64,000 nt of DNA from the NCBI GenBank assembly GCA_030324005.1, contig JARDVH010000031.1:36977494-37041493 (forward strand), in the 5' to 3' direction. A model generated the notes under the pieces. That model was not told where the DNA came from and searched no databases. It worked only from the letters and a program-made list of their open reading frames with translations. The position numbers were made by a program, and so were the translations under genes. Of the stretch, positions 49,235 through 63,504 are shown piece after piece (position 1 is the stretch's first letter; every line of letters begins with the position of its first letter). The stretch is from Negaprion brevirostris (Eukaryota).

Positions 49235-50490
49235 CAGAATCATAGAGGTTTACAGCATGGAAACAAGCCTTTTGGCCCAAATCGGCCATGCCACCCTTTA
49301 AAAGCCCCAAGCTAATCCCAATTGCCCGCATATAGCCCATATCCCTCTATACCCATTGTACCCATGTAACTATCTAAATGCTTTTAAAAGATGAAATTGT
49401 ACCTGCCTCTACTACTACCTCTGGCAGCTTGTTCCAGACACTCACCACCCTCTGTGTGNNNNNNNNNNNNNNNNNNNNNNNNNNNNNNNNNNNNNNNNNN
49501 NNNNNNNNNNNNNNNNNNNNNNNNNNNNNNNNNNNNNNNNNNNNNNNNNNNNNNNNNNNNNNNNNNNNNNNNNNNNNNNNNNNNNNNNNNNNNNNNNNNN
49601 NNNNNNNNNNNNNNNNNNNNNNNNNNNNNNNNNNNNNNNNNNNNNNNNNNNNNNNNNNNNNNNNNNNNNNNNNNNNNNNNNNNNNNNNNNNNNNNNNNNN
49701 NNNNNNNNNNNNNNNNNNNNNNNNNNNNNNNNNNNNNNNNNNNNNNNNNNNNNNNNNNNNNNNNNNNNNNNNNNNNNNNNNNNNNNNNNNNNNNNNNNNN
49801 NNNNNNNNNNNNNNNNNNNNNNNNNNNNNNNNNNNNNNNNNNNNNNNNNNNNNNNNNNNNNNNNNNNNNNNNNNNNNNNNNNCTGTCCACCTGTGACTCC
49901 ACTTTCAAGGAGCTATGAACATATATCCTAAATCTCTTTGTTCTGTAACTCTCCCCAGTGCTCTACCATTAATTGAGTAAGTCCTGCCCTGGTTCAATCT
50001 ACCAAAATACATCACCTCACATTTACCTAAATTAAACTCCATCTACCGTTCGTCAACCCACTGACCCAATTGATCAAGGTCCCATTGCAACTGGAGATAA
50101 CTTTCTTCACTGTCCACTATGCCACCAATCTTAGTGTCGTCTGCAAACTTAGTAACCATGCCCCCTATATTCTCATCCAAATCATTAATATAAATGACAA
50201 ATAACAGTGGACCCAGCGCTAATTTTTGAGGCACACTGCTGTCACAGGCCTCCAGTTCAAAAAACAACTCTCTACGACCACCCTCTGGCTTCTATCAAGA
50301 AGCCAATCCAATTGAATATTTCACCCTGGATCCCATCAGATTTAACTTTTTTCAACAACCTACCTTGTCAAACGCGTTGCTAAAATTCATGTAGACAACA
50401 TGAACTGCACTGCCCTCATCTACCTTCTTGGTTACCCCTTCAAAAAACTCAATTAATTTTGTGAGACATGATTTTCCATTCAACATACCA
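49235..50490 (-). mobile_element. CR1 LINE RT and 3' end
   Basis: [32 protein letters not shown]; N gap inside. Confidence 0.95.
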
Positions 50491-50989
50491 AGCAGTTATA
50501 TCTCTTTGATGTTACTGAAGTAGAACAAACAGCTTGCTTTTCAAGATAGCCCTTCTTCACTTACACTTCTTGCCAAGAGGTAAAACAGCTTTTCCTGCTG
50601 TTGGCTGGAGCCTAAAAAAGTCTCTCCTGCATCAGTTTAATCATCTCTTTATATATAGTTTTCCCCTTTGGTCTTCCCTTATCTGAGCTAACTTCAGAGG
50701 TCAAATTTAATAACCTTCATTTCTTGAGTCCAGCTTTGACAGTGTAAATGCAAACTACACTTACTTTATAATCCTTCTTCTCACCTTGTCCTTTCCTTTG
50801 AATCTTAACACCTGATTCAAATCCCATCTTGTTCTGCTCCCCATTGTTCCCAACTTGCCTGAGTAAACATTAGTTACAGCGCTTCTCAGCTTCTCAACAT
50901 ATCAAAGACACTAGTTCCATTAATCTAACAAAGCTGTTGGTACTTGAAGCAACTTAAACTTTCCTCCCGTTAGAAAAAAACATANNNNN

Positions 50990-53865
50990 NAATCCAACTT
51001 CTTGGATTTCTCTGTTATTTTCATGTAACCACTGTTTGCCTAACAGTGGTTACAGGATGACCGAGACTGTGTACTGAATATTCAAGGGTATTCATTATTT
51101 AGCAAGGATAGGCAAAAAAGGGAAAGGAATTTGGGTGGCAAGATCTGTACATTAGTGAGAGAGGATCTTCTAATCAAAGGATCACCTTTGGGTGGAGCTA
51201 AGAAACAGCAAGAGGCAGCAAGCATTGCTGGGAATTGTTGATAGGCCAAAGTAGAGTGGTAACATTGGATATAGTATAAATCAGAGGTTAGTACTGCAGG
51301 TAACATGGGTTATACAGTAATACTGGGCACCTTCAATTTATGAATCGATTGGGTAAGCCTAAAGAGGTCTAATGCTGTGGAGAATGAATTCCTCAATTGT
51401 GCATGAGCAGAATGTTAAAGAATGAACTAGGGATCAGGCTATTCTAGATTTCGTATATAGTGAATAAGGGCTCGTAAATAACGTTGCTGTAANNNNNNNN
51501 NNNNNNNNNNNNNNNNNNNNNNNNNNNNNNNNNNNNNNNNNNNNNNNNNNNNNNNNNNNNNNNNNNNNNNNNNNNNNNNNAACAAAGGCCATCAATCTGA
51601 ACAAATGGAACTATGAAGTTATGAGGAGCAAGTTGGCTATGGTGGATTGGGTAAATTAAATATAAAACTTAGACAGGTGATGGTTAGATATGGTCTGCAA
51701 CATGTATACATTCCTCTAGGACCAAAAACCCGATACAAAAACATGAATCAACTGTGCCTAACAAAAAAAAGTTGAGGATTGCATTAAATCAAAGGAATTT
51801 AAGATTGCAAGAAAAAATGGGAAGCCTAAGGATCGTGAGAAATTTAAAATCCAGCAAAGAAAGGCTTGATAAGACAAAGGTAAGTAAATATGAACGCAAG
51901 CTAGCGAGAAGCATAAAAGCAGACTGTGAAAACTTCTTTAGGTTATGTGAAAAGGAGAAGATTAATGAGGATAAAAGTGGGTCCATGACAGGCAGAGAGA
52001 GGAAAATTTATAATGAAGAATAAGGAAGTCACAGAGGAACTGAACAATTGCTTCGTGTCTGTCTTCACTGAGGAAGGTACAGAAAATCTCCCAGAAATAC
52101 TAGGGAATCAATGAGTTTGTGAGAATGAGAAATTGAAAGAAACTATTAATAAAGAGGAAAGTTTAATTGGATTAAAGGTTAATAAATCCCCTGGACCTGA
52201 CGAGCTACATCCCAGGGTGTTGAAGGAAATTACTATAGATAGTGGATGCAAAGGGTTCTCATCTTTCAGACTTCTATAGACTCTGGAATGGCTAGTCATT
52301 ATAGATTTTTGAAAGGGAAATCATGTTTGACAATCTGGTAGAAGTTTTTTTGGTGGGGAGCTGTTACTTGCAGTATAAAGGAAAACCAGGGGATGTGACT
52401 TATTTGACTTTTCAGAGGTGATTGAACAAAATCACACCACGTGGATTTGGGATAATAAATTGTTATGGATTGAGAACTGGTTGACAGAAAACAGAGTAGG
52501 AATAAACAGGTCATTGTCAGTTTTTAAGATCGTTATTTCCCTATTCTCCATTATAATTTTTCCTCTATCATGGACCCACCTTCATCCTCATTAATCTTCT
52601 CCTTTTCACATAACCTAAAGAAATTTTCACAGTCTGCTTTTATGCTTCTCGTTAGCTTGCATTCGTATTTACTTACCTTTGTCTTATTGGGTCTTTCTTT
52701 GTTGATTTTAAATTTCTCCTGATCCTCAGAAGTTGTTACTAGTGGGACATCACAGGGATCAGTGCTGGGACTACATTTGCTCATAATCGAGATAAATCAT
52801 TTGGTTGTGGCGGCCAAATGTATTATTTCCAAATTAGATGGGAATTTAAGTTGTGAGGAGGATGAGANNNNNNNNNNNNNNNNNNNNNNNNNNNNNNNNN
52901 NNNNGCAGCTACATGAGAAGTATAATGGGAATAAGCTAAATTGTTCCTTAGTGTCCTAAGATGTGTAGGTTAGTGTGATTAGCCAAGTAAATACATGGGC
53001 TATGGGGTAGGGCCTGAATGGGATGCTCTGTTGGAGTCAGTGCAGACTCAATGGGCTAAGTGGCCTCCTCCTGCACTGTAAGGATTCGATGAAAAGTACA
53101 AAGTTATCCACTTGGATAGATAAAACAGAAAAATAGAGTCCTACTTAAATGGAGAAGAGTTGGGATGTGTTGATGTCCAAAAGAGCCTCAGCATTCTAGT
53201 TCATAAATCGCTAAAAGTCAGCATGCAAGTGCATTTTGGAAGGCAAATATTATGTTGGCCTTCATCGCAAGGGGAAGTAGTACAGGAATAAAGATATCTT
53301 GCTACAGTTGTATAGAGCCCTGGTGGACTGCACTTGGAGTGTTGTATACAGTTTTGGTCTCCTCATCTAAGAAGGGATATACTTGCCATAGAAGGAATAC
53401 AAAGGAATTTAACGAGATCAATCTGTGGGATGGCAAGATTGTCTTGAGGAAGTTGAGGAAGCTGAGAATGTATTTTCTAGAGTTTCAAAAAAATGACAAG
53501 TGATCTCATCAAAACTTAAAATTCTTACAGGGGATGTGACAGGATACATGTAAATATGATGTTATACCTCGCTGTTGAGTTTAGAACCAGATAGACAGCC
53601 TTGAACAAATGGCAGACCATTTAAAACTGAGATGAGGAGGAATTTCTTCACTCAGACAGTGGTGAATCTTTGGAATTCTCTACCACACAAGGGCCATGTA
53701 ATCATTGAGCATGTTCAAGATAGAAATAGATGAATTTCTACGTACTAATGACATCAAAAGAAATACGGATAGTTTGAGAATGTGGTATGTGGTAGATGAT
53801 CAGCTATGATCTAATTAAATGACAGAGCAGACTTGATGGGCTGAATGGACTGCCCCTGCTACTAA
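50990..53865 (+). mobile_element. Long decayed CR1 LINE ORF2 with an HE1 3' insertion (about 52930-53092) and an internal inverted duplication
   Basis: LNIQGYSLF, KSPGPDELHPRVLKE, GKSCLT, MLAFIARG, FFTQTVVNLWNSLP and 3' tail. Confidence 0.9.
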
Positions 53866-55539
53866 CGTTACGAATTTAAAAATCTGATTTATTGCTTTTT
53901 CTCTTTCATGCAAGGTGTTTAGCTTTAAATATCTATTTAAGTACTGATTTTATAATGGGAGAGGGGCTACTTATTGAGTTTAGTTATTCAATGAAGTGTT
54001 AAAAGGTAGGATTGCGACTGCATCATTTGTAAATTAAGGCAACAAACCAAGGCATTATATGCAAATTATCTTTTAGCGAACAATCTAGTTTATAATAATT
54101 CAAAATGAAGTAACTGCTAGAAATCACACAACAGTGAAATAAAAGTTAAACCTATAGGCTAATCATGATAGCCAACATGGATTTGTTAAGTAGGTCATAC
54201 AAACAACCAAGCATTTAAATAAAGGAACTGTAACAAATATAATGAATATCACAAATGCTTTTTAAAGTCTTAAGTACCACATTAGAGATTGATTTCAAAC
54301 TATTAAATTCTTTTCTGAGTCTTCGGAGTATCATGATGAAAGGAAGGGAGATGTGTGAAAGTTAGGAAGTAGAAATGGGGTTAATCAGATGCTTCTTGAA
54401 TTGACAAGAGAGGTTAATGAAATGTCCCATGCTTCTTTGTGCATTCCTGATCTGAACATGAAAATGGAAGGAAGATCATCCATCAAATTAAATGGTCTAG
54501 CAATCTCAAAAACAAAACAGGAAACTGCTGGATTTAGCAGTTAACAAAGTGGGTAGATGTATTATAAATGCAGTAGTTTAAGATTGATAAATGTGAAATT
54601 AAGTTGTTGAGGAAAAACAATCCTAAAACATACAATTGTCAAGGAAGCGTGAAACTAAAGGATCTGCTGATACACAGGTGGATCCCTGAAATATAGGGTG
54701 AGTATAGGTGAAAAATGTCACATGGCCACAGACTTAGACCAATTATACCAGTTCCACACATCAATCTCCTTCAAATCTATGGCTCTCAAAACCACATTTC
54801 GAGCAAATACTTGACATTTAGTATTATAGCGCACAGAACAGACTTTATTCTTGACAAATATGAGTAATCAGCTCAATTAGACACAGATTGCTGACAGGTC
54901 CAAATTCCTACCTCTTGAGCACTTTGGAAAAACTGTTGAAGAGAAAATGCCCCTTTATCCACCATATTTTGTCTATAAAGGTACATCATGGCTGAGGTTG
55001 CAACAACATGAAGATTCTTCATGTAAACAGGTGTGGTTGTCTACTCCAAAGTTCAGTTAAGACTTCCTACCTTACCTGTTCTCAACTTTTTTGAAGAATA
55101 CAACTTGCTCTGATGAAGGGTTATCCAGATTTGAAACACTGGCTTTGTTCTCTCTCTACAGATGCTGTCAGACCTGCTGAATTTCTCCAGCATTTTCTAT
55201 TCTTATTTCCACAGTATTTTGCCTACAACTTATCAACCGTTACCTTTCTACACTATGCCTAACAGAAGCCCTACGTATTTATGATTCTTTTACCCACCAC
55301 TAAAGTTACATTTTAATAGCTGATGGTTAACATCATTAGTATCACTCATTCTTTTTACATAAGCATTTATTGCATCAGAAGACACGCTATGTATTCCTCT
55401 TATGTCACTTCAAACCAGCCTGTTCATTTTGGAAAACCTTTTGCTCTTAAGATACAAAGCAGCTCAATTACTCACCTTCAAATCCCCAACATACATTTAC
55501 TCAGGATGTCCACCCAACCAAATCCATATTCACCTCTCT

Positions 55540-55975
55540 CAAGACATAGATGCAGAATTTGGCCACTCAGCCCATCAAATCTGTTCTGCCATTCAATCCT
55601 GGCTGATATTTTTCTCATCCCCATTCTCCTGCCCTTTTCCCCATAACCCCCGATCCCCTTATTAATCAAGAACCTATCTATCTCTGTCTCAAAGACACTC
55701 AATGACCTGGCTTCCACAGCCCTCTGCAGCAAAGAGTTCCACAGATTCACCACTCCGGCTGAAGACATTCCTCCTCATCTTGGTTTTAAAGGATTGTCCC
55801 TTTAGCCTGAGGTTGTGCCCTCTGGTGCTAGTTTCTCCTACTAATGGAAACATTCTCTCCATGTCCACTCTATCCAGGCCTCGCAGTATCCTGTAAATTT
55901 CAATAAGATTCCCCCTTCATCCTTCTAAACTCCAATGAGGACAGATCCAGAGTCTTCAACTGTTCCTCATACGAC
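55540..55975 (-). mobile_element. CR1 LINE 3' end
   Basis: SYEEQLKTLDLSSLEFRRM; VVNLWNSLLQRAVEARSLSVF; near-identical family to 18945-19285. Confidence 0.9.
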
Positions 55976-56869
55976 NNNNNNNNNNNNNNNNNNNNNNNNN
56001 NNNNNNNNNNNNNNNNNNNNNNNNNNNNNNNNNNNNNNNNNNNNNNNNNNNNNNNNNNNNNNNNNNNNNNNNNNNNNNNNNNNNNNNNNNNNNNNNNNNN
56101 NNNNNNNNNNNNNNNNNNNNNNNNNNNNNNNNNNNNNNNNNNNNNNNNNNNNNNNNNNNNNNNNNNNNNNNNNNNNNNNNNNNNNNNNNNNNNNNNNNNN
56201 NNNNNNNNNNNNNNNNNNNNNNNNNNNNNNNNNNNNNNNNNNNNNNNNNNNNNNNNNNNNNNNNNNNNNNNNNNNNNNCTTGAAAATTGCAACCATGGTC
56301 GTGTCTTTCGTGTGATTCTAAACACTTCTAGCATCTGGCAGTCCCACTCTCTTGCACCATCTCTCCTGCTGACCTACCTCAGCAGGACTCTCTTTGTTTG
56401 CTCAAGAGACAGAGTGGAGCCACAAATCCCACACAAGTCATTGCAATAGCATTAAGGTTCCATTCTGGGCCCGTTTCATTTTCATTATCTGTAGACACAA
56501 GATTAGTGCATGAATGGCAATAATGCTCAAAGTTTCTCTCAAACAGCTCTGCATTGCTATATTGCATGATCATTATTAGATGTATGAAGCCATGCCTCAT
56601 CCCAGTCCATCAAAAGAAAAACTATGTACCTTTGCCCTTGAACCTACCCTGTTCAAATCCCAAGTCCTAATCATCACCAAAGCTAACTATTTCCATTTCT
56701 GCTTCATCCACATCAACTATTTACCTCACCCCCATGTTTGCCTCCAAAGACAATTATAATCAGAGGTTTCCAAATCTTCACTCCAATCATCTCCACCTTG
56801 TCCCTGTTCTGCAACCTGGATTTACTCCTGTTCAGCTATCATCTGTAAACTGGATAACATCAACTTGCT

Positions 56870-58572
56870 ATTTTTCTTAGGGAGGTCAAAAGAGTATTGG
56901 AAAAGGCTGGTAGTTGGTTTAAAAGGAAATCAGAAAGTCTTTGACAACCATATAAATATAGAAGAGGATGTGGGGCCAATTAACAATCAAAAACAGCATA
57001 AATGCTTGCATGGGCTGAGGTACTAAAATGAGTAAATTGTATCTGGCTTTCTCAAAGAAAAAAATATTGTCCAAGACCAAATGAAAGAGGTGGTAGTTGA
57101 AAAATTGGCTTAGCTAAAATTTGATAAAAAAGTGATAGAAAAGTTGGCTGTATTTAAAGGGGATAAGCCACAAGGACAAGATAGCATGTATCGGAGGAAG
57201 TTAAGGGAAGGAATGCAATTACAGAGGCGCTGGCCATAATTTTCCAATCTTTTTTAGATTTGGGAGTGGTGCAGAAAACTGGAATTCCAAAAGTTTCATC
57301 TTTGTTACAAAAGAGGTACAAGGTTAACTCCAGGAACCAGAGGCCAGTCAAATTAATCTTAGTAGTGAGAAAACTGAGACAATAATGTGATACAGAATTA
57401 AGAGTCACTTGGACAAATGCAGATTAATTAAGGAAAGCCAAAACAGATTTGTTAGAATAAAATTATTTTTGACAAATTTGAAAAAAAAATGAGTTTTTTG
57501 ATAATATAACAGGGTTAATAAGGTGTGCACGGTCTTCCAAAAGGCATTTGACGAAGTACCACATAATAGACTTGTCAGCAAAGTTAAAGTCCAAGAAAGG
57601 ACAGTGGTAGCATGGACACAAAGTTGGCTGTGAGACAGGAAACAAAAGTGGTAAATAATTATTTTTTCAAACGGGGGAAAAAGGTGTATAGCCAAGTTCT
57701 CCAGCAGTTGGTATTAGAACCACCGCTTTTCTTGACCTACATGAATGATCAAGACTTGGATGTGCAGGGCACAATTTCAAAATTTACAGGTGACACCAAA
57801 TTTAGAAGTACTATGAAATATGATATTTATTGACTTAAGAACACAGACAAGCTGTAGCTGGATGTCACATGGTAGACATTTTGGTAGGAAAATTGAGAGA
57901 ATATAAAACATCGGACATAATTCTTAAAGGGGTGCAGGATCAGAAAAAACTGGGGGGTATATTGCACAAATTGGATTCAGAACACTGTTAATAAAGCATA
58001 TAGAATCCTGGAATTTATAAATAGAAACAAGAATACAAAAGCACAGAGATAATAAAACTGGTTTGGCCTCAACTGGTGTGTAACATCCAAATCTAGAAAC
58101 CACACTTTAGGGAGGATATGAAGGTTTAGACAGGATCCAGGACAATAAATGAGAATAGCTCAGGGATGAGGGTCTCAAGTTATGTGGACAGGTCAGAAAA
58201 GCTGGGCGGTTTCCCTTTAGAAAAGGATGTGAAGGGATTTGATTGGGGGGTGGGGGACAGGGTGGTCAAAACCTAGACAGAATAGACAGAAACTGATCCT
58301 GGAACTCAAGTACAGTAATTTATGATTGCAAAAGTAGTAATGGCCATGAGGAAAAACTCTTTTATACAAGTGGTTAGGATCTGGAATGTACCATGAAAGT
58401 GTGAAGAAAACACATACAATGGGGTTTTCAAAAGATGGTTGGAGAAGTCTCTAAGTAGTAAATATTGCAGAGTTATGGGAAAAGGACAAGAGTGGGACTA
58501 CTGCATTGCTCTTCCAGAAGGCTAGCATGGTCACAATGAGCCAAATAGCCTCCTTCTGTGCTGTAACCATTC
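56870..58572 (+). mobile_element. Decayed CR1 LINE ORF2 to 3' end
   Basis: FQKAFDEVPHNRL, PPLFLTYMNDQD..GTISKFTGDTK and 3' tail. An older CR1 remnant lies at about 54110-54720. Confidence 0.85.
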
Positions 58573-58634
58573 CAGCTTTCTACATGCCAAATTCAAAAAT
58601 CTCAGTTATAAAAACCTCCTAAGAAATCCTGAGA

Positions 58635-58765
58635 CAAAAGGCAAAATACTGCGGATGCTGAAATCTGAAAAACAGAAAATGCTGGAAAATCTGAACCAGT
58701 CTGACAGCGTCTGTGAAGAAAGAATAGAGCCAACATTTCAAGTCAAGATGATCCTTCATCAGATG
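58635..58765. repeat. Short interspersed repeat (probably a Penelope-like terminus)
   Basis: GCAAAATACTGCGGATGCTG...AACAGAAAATGCTGGAAAAT; homologs at about 14780-14855, 24055-24155, 37755-37835 and 55105-55225. Confidence 0.6.
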
Positions 58766-60209
58766 GCATTGCTTCTTTGCCCATGACCTTTAAAAGCCTT
58801 TTCTGAATGTATCTTCTGGCCAATGATTAACATGGTGTTTTCTAAATTGAAATACTTTAGGATACTTTTCTAGTTTGAAGGTGCTATTAAAGTGCTTGTT
58901 GAAAGAACTGTATTTTTCAAATTATTATTGCCTCCTTCTGAAGATGTTTCCTCTCCTTTATATATTTGCACATTGTCATCCTCATTTCCTAGATTGATTT
59001 CTGGCAAAGGCGCGCATCAGAAAGGGTTATCCCCACTTGATTCCATGGCCACAATATCCACACAAAACGCACTGAAATCTCACCTACAGTGCAAAATTGT
59101 TATTTAACAGTGTAAACCATATTACATACTGCAATTGCATCTTATTTATAAATAAAATCTTCTCCATAGATTTCACATCACGTGAGTTGTGATTCACACT
59201 ACCTTCTGTAGTTTCATGTTAGTGCCTCCTTCTTGAACTTAAAAATATCAACAGGAGCTTGATAAGATGCAAGAGGGTAGACACTTTTCAAATGAAGTAG
59301 CTAATTTTAAGTTAGGGCCAATTTCAGGACTTGTTTTTTGTATTAGAAATTATTTTGAGCTGTATTAACTCACCTAAGGAAGGGAAACTGCAGGCCAAAA
59401 GCAGTTGAAAAAAAATTATTCTATCAATTTGTTTCCGACTGCATAGCGTTGAGATATTTTGTCATTGCCAATTGGTAACTTTTCTTAGCAGTTCATTAAA
59501 TGCAAGCACTTTGCTTTTAGACAAAGGGATGTTTTCACAAACTAGCTAACTTGATAGACAACGATCATTTTAGCCAATTTTATTTTTCTGGACCAGCATT
59601 TGAGGTGCGTATCCCCCAGGTGTTGGGGCCATAGATAAGTCGTACAGATATGCGATGGCCATCCAGAAAAAAATACCATTGAGGTTTTTCAGCCGCTACC
59701 AATGAATTATGCTAATCAGAAATAAACACTATTTGAGGCAAGGCGAAGCAAAGGCTGTGACATCAGACAAATAGATGACAGCACTATGTGAAATCCAATA
59801 AAAAGTTTTATTTTTGAAGAGGAGCTACATACATTTCTAGTCCAAATTGCAATTCTGCTTTCCAGTTTGGTTGCATTGTTCAACAAATTATTTGTTTACA
59901 ATTACATTAGAAAACTAAAAATTCCTTAATCAATTTAACTGCATTTATTGTTTGCCATTAGCATCCCCTCGGTTTTCCATCTATACATGTTCAGTCCTAA
60001 ATAAGTTGCAATGCATAGTGGCGACTATAATGTACTACCCTTAGCCTGAGACCATACTATATTAGGGCAAAGTAGTTAACAGCACCTGATTCTTCATATT
60101 ATTACAATCTAATAGCACATCATAAAAATAGACTGGGATTTGTTCTCCAAATTACACCATGCACCATTCTGTCATGTCAACAAAAAAGTGGCAGTATAAC
60201 TGCATGCTT

Positions 60210-60974
60210 AAGGTAATCTACTGCCATTTATTTATTGTCAACAATATGTACCATAACATTGTTATTTATTAAAACCTGGTTTATTTACCCTAAAGGATGG
60301 CCATTTTTGATACAGTTATTCTTATTGCAACTCTATTTGTTATCCAGTGATGCTGATTTCTGCAATTACAACAGCTAAATATATAACACAAGCTATATTA
60401 CTCCCCAACCAAATAACACACTGAATATAAAATAAATAAATAACCTCGGAAACAGTGTAGTGTGTTTTGAGATGATACATCAGGTGCTCATTATTTAGAG
60501 CTACAAAGGTTTAAATGAAATCTCTTCATTACAAATTGACAAAAAGGTAAAACAGATTCACAACAGCATGTACCACATGATCGGAAATGGAACTGGGTTT
60601 AATACGAATGCCAAAATTCTAATAATCTACAGCTATCATAGATTTCATACAGATAATGGATTAGGCTAAAATGCACCATAATATTTGGTTGACTTGAGGA
60701 ACATTTTCCTTTTACATCACAAAATACATTTTGATATCCCAAAGAAGCAGACTTGCAAGTAGGCATTTAAACATAACTAATCTACTGCTACAAAGATCTA
60801 CTTCAATAGCTTTTACCTTTTACAGGGCTTGTCCCAATCTTCAAAAGATAAAAGCAGAGATTAGAATCAGTATAACATATACACAGAAGTCCGTATTGTA
60901 AAGGCTATAAAGAATTGTTGCACATTGTAAATAATGCCTCCTGCTCCTTTTCACAATACAGGAAGTGATGCAAT
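60210..60974 (-). other. UBE2E3: Probable UBE2E3 3' UTR with polyadenylation signals
   Basis: Repeat-free AU-rich stretch after the stop codon; minus-strand AATAAA hexamers at 60265-60270, 60231-60236 and 60227-60232. The 3' end is inferred. Confidence 0.6.
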
Positions 60975-61072
60975 TTATGTAGCATATCTCTTGGTCCACT
61001 GTCTGGCTATCCTGTCATGTTCTGCTCTGTTGGTCAAATATTGGGTTGCTATGCTCCCAACTAGAGGATCCG
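60975..61072 (-). CDS. UBE2E3: Last coding exon of ubiquitin-conjugating enzyme E2 E3
   Basis: Acceptor ttttcttctgtttcacag|CG, then (A)[31 protein letters not shown] with TAA at 60975-60977. This is the UBE2E-family C-terminus; YLTN and DRIAR match UBE2E3 rather than E1/E2 (YMTN, DRMAR) as I recall them. Not in the ORF track. Confidence 0.95.
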
Positions 61073-63239
61073 CTGTGAAACAGAAGAAAATTTAATAAGC
61101 CAAAGCTGAAAAAATTAAGAATGTTCAGTATTCACTTTTTCACCAGTTCCCCCCACCTATATTTTTCCCACCAAGTGCACCTGTGCAATGTCATAACTTC
61201 CAACACTTCAGCAGTGCTACATAGAGTTTTCAATATCAAGCCAAGGCAAAACTATTTCCAGAATTAAGACACACCAAAAATGTTAATTTTTAAATGGAAT
61301 AAAAATATTGTCAAATTTAAATTATGGCATTATTTGCAAGTGGGCATACCGAGGGAATTCACAACTGAAAATATTGTTTTGCCTTCAACATTTTATGGTT
61401 TCACCATCAACCCACAATTTTTAAATGGGCTTGATTTTGTGGGCAGCAGTGAAAAGATAGTGCTTGACAGTGAACTTGAAAAAGCTGCCCATCATGATGT
61501 AACTAGCTCCAGAGCTGAGAACTCCTCTATTTTGATGTCACTTTGAATTTAGTATGGTATCCAGCTAATCACATTGAAGTACCTCAGAGCAGGAGGGGCA
61601 TGAAATATAATTCACATTTTAATAACAGGGCAAAAAGCCAGATAACGAACGGAGTGCATACATGGGATTAAGAGAGAAGCAGAAATTTCAAATGTCAAAA
61701 GAAAATATCAACCAACTGTCAAATGTTTGAAGGAAATGTGCAACATGTATAAAATTAGCCTTTCTGGGCAAAAGAGGTTGTTTAAAAGTAATTATGTGTT
61801 AGTATGTCATAAAAATACTCAGTTACTCCTGTAAGACTCACATTTTTATAGTTTTTTGAAACAGCTAAAATAGTGCACACGCAAAATCTGTGCTTCTGCA
61901 CATATTGCACAGGTGACAACTGCAACAGTATATTTTGTGGAGGAGTAGAGCTTCACGGACAGCAGTTTTCAGATTTCCTACTTAATTGTGCATGCGTGGA
62001 TGCTAGGAGTTGCCTTCAGTTTTGCAGAGTGACGATGGCAAATGCCACAAGTTATGTCATTATAACTGCAAATTCTGGTTGAGTAGTTTTTTTTTCTCTA
62101 TATGGAAGCAATACTAATGTTGCCCAACAAAGCTTACTTCTGGCGCAATTAGGTTTTATGAGTTATCTAATGCATTCCTGAAAAATAATTTTCCTGTGCC
62201 TTGGTTTCTTCTTTTTGTTCAGTTAAAAGCATTTGTGCTGTTGAATAAGATAGACAGCTAAGGCTATTGATTGCCTAAAATTTCTACTTGCCCTTTTCTT
62301 TCCTTGAATGTTTAATTTATGCGAGAATACTGGTATTTATTTTGAGGGAGTATCGAAAAGCTCCAGAAAGCGCAACTGCATAATTCTGGCAATCAATGGC
62401 CTATCTCTATGCCAGACAACCCATTTTTCAATTATGCCTTTAAAAGATATTAGAACAATGCCTGCAGCCCCTTGCCCACAAACAAATTGAGAGCTGTAAT
62501 CTGTTCATTCACTGTCCAGTCAAGGTTTGATCTCAGATTCTAGCAAAGGGGAAGGGAGAGACAAGTGTTTCTTTCCCTTGACCCCAAGCAATCCTTTCTG
62601 ATTAGTATATTGGTTGATAAAGAAAGTTCAGTTAATGACAACAGCATAGTGAAAATCTCAGATCCAATCAAAGAACTTAGATGTCATACTGAATAAACTT
62701 AAGTCAGGTCATGCTCATAGCTTTGAACTTAAGTGGCACCATTTATATATCTCACCAAAAGGCTACTTCATCTCCCACGTATAGGTAAATGCTTTGATTC
62801 TGCTGCAAGTTTGGGAGTGTTTCAATGTGCTCAGGATAAATAAACTTTGGATTTTTATGCCTTGTTACGTGCAAATGCACAATGAAATATAGATCAGAAG
62901 GCAAAATCATCAAAGCAAATGGAAAAAGTAATATTGCTCGTGCACACCATGAAGGAGTGTATACTATGCTTGAAGTTGAAATGCAAATTGGTAAAAGCTG
63001 CAGTCACCAATAGCTAACATTTGAATTAAGTATACACAATCATATAAAGCTATGAATTCAAAGATGAAAGGATTATGAAGTATGACTATTAGCTAACTGG
63101 ATCGAAAAGTAGTTCAATGAACACAAAACCTATGGTTGCAAACCAATAAAATGCTTGACAAAGAGGTAGCCACAAGGAAAGATCTATAAGAACCCATTTT
63201 TGTTTCCTTACTCAGTGCAGTTGAATGGATATGGAACAT

Positions 63240-63503
63240 GTCAAAAAATTCCAGTGGTGCAGAAGAAGGTCATTCGGGCCCACCAAGTCTGCACTGATTC
63301 TCCAACAGAGCATCATACATGCACACTTACACAATCCCCACAACCCCATGCAGTTACCCACTAATCCCCCCAATCTACACATCCTGGGACACTTAAAGTG
63401 CAATTTAGCATGGCCAATTCATGTAACCTGCACATCTTTGGACTGTGGGAGGAAACCTGAGTATCTGAAGGAAACTCTCGCAGACATGGAGAGAACATGC
63501 AGA
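63240..63503 (-). mobile_element. HE1-type SINE, 5'-truncated
   Basis: HE1 core and tail, in the UBE2E3 intron. Confidence 0.85.
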
Positions 63504-63504
63504 T

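Noticed and set aside
61280-62490. ORFs in the region 5' of the UBE2E3 last exon
   Set aside because: No UBC-domain sequence (e.g. HCNI, CLDILK, LTISKVLLS); intronic chance ORFs. Upstream UBE2E3 exons are outside the window.
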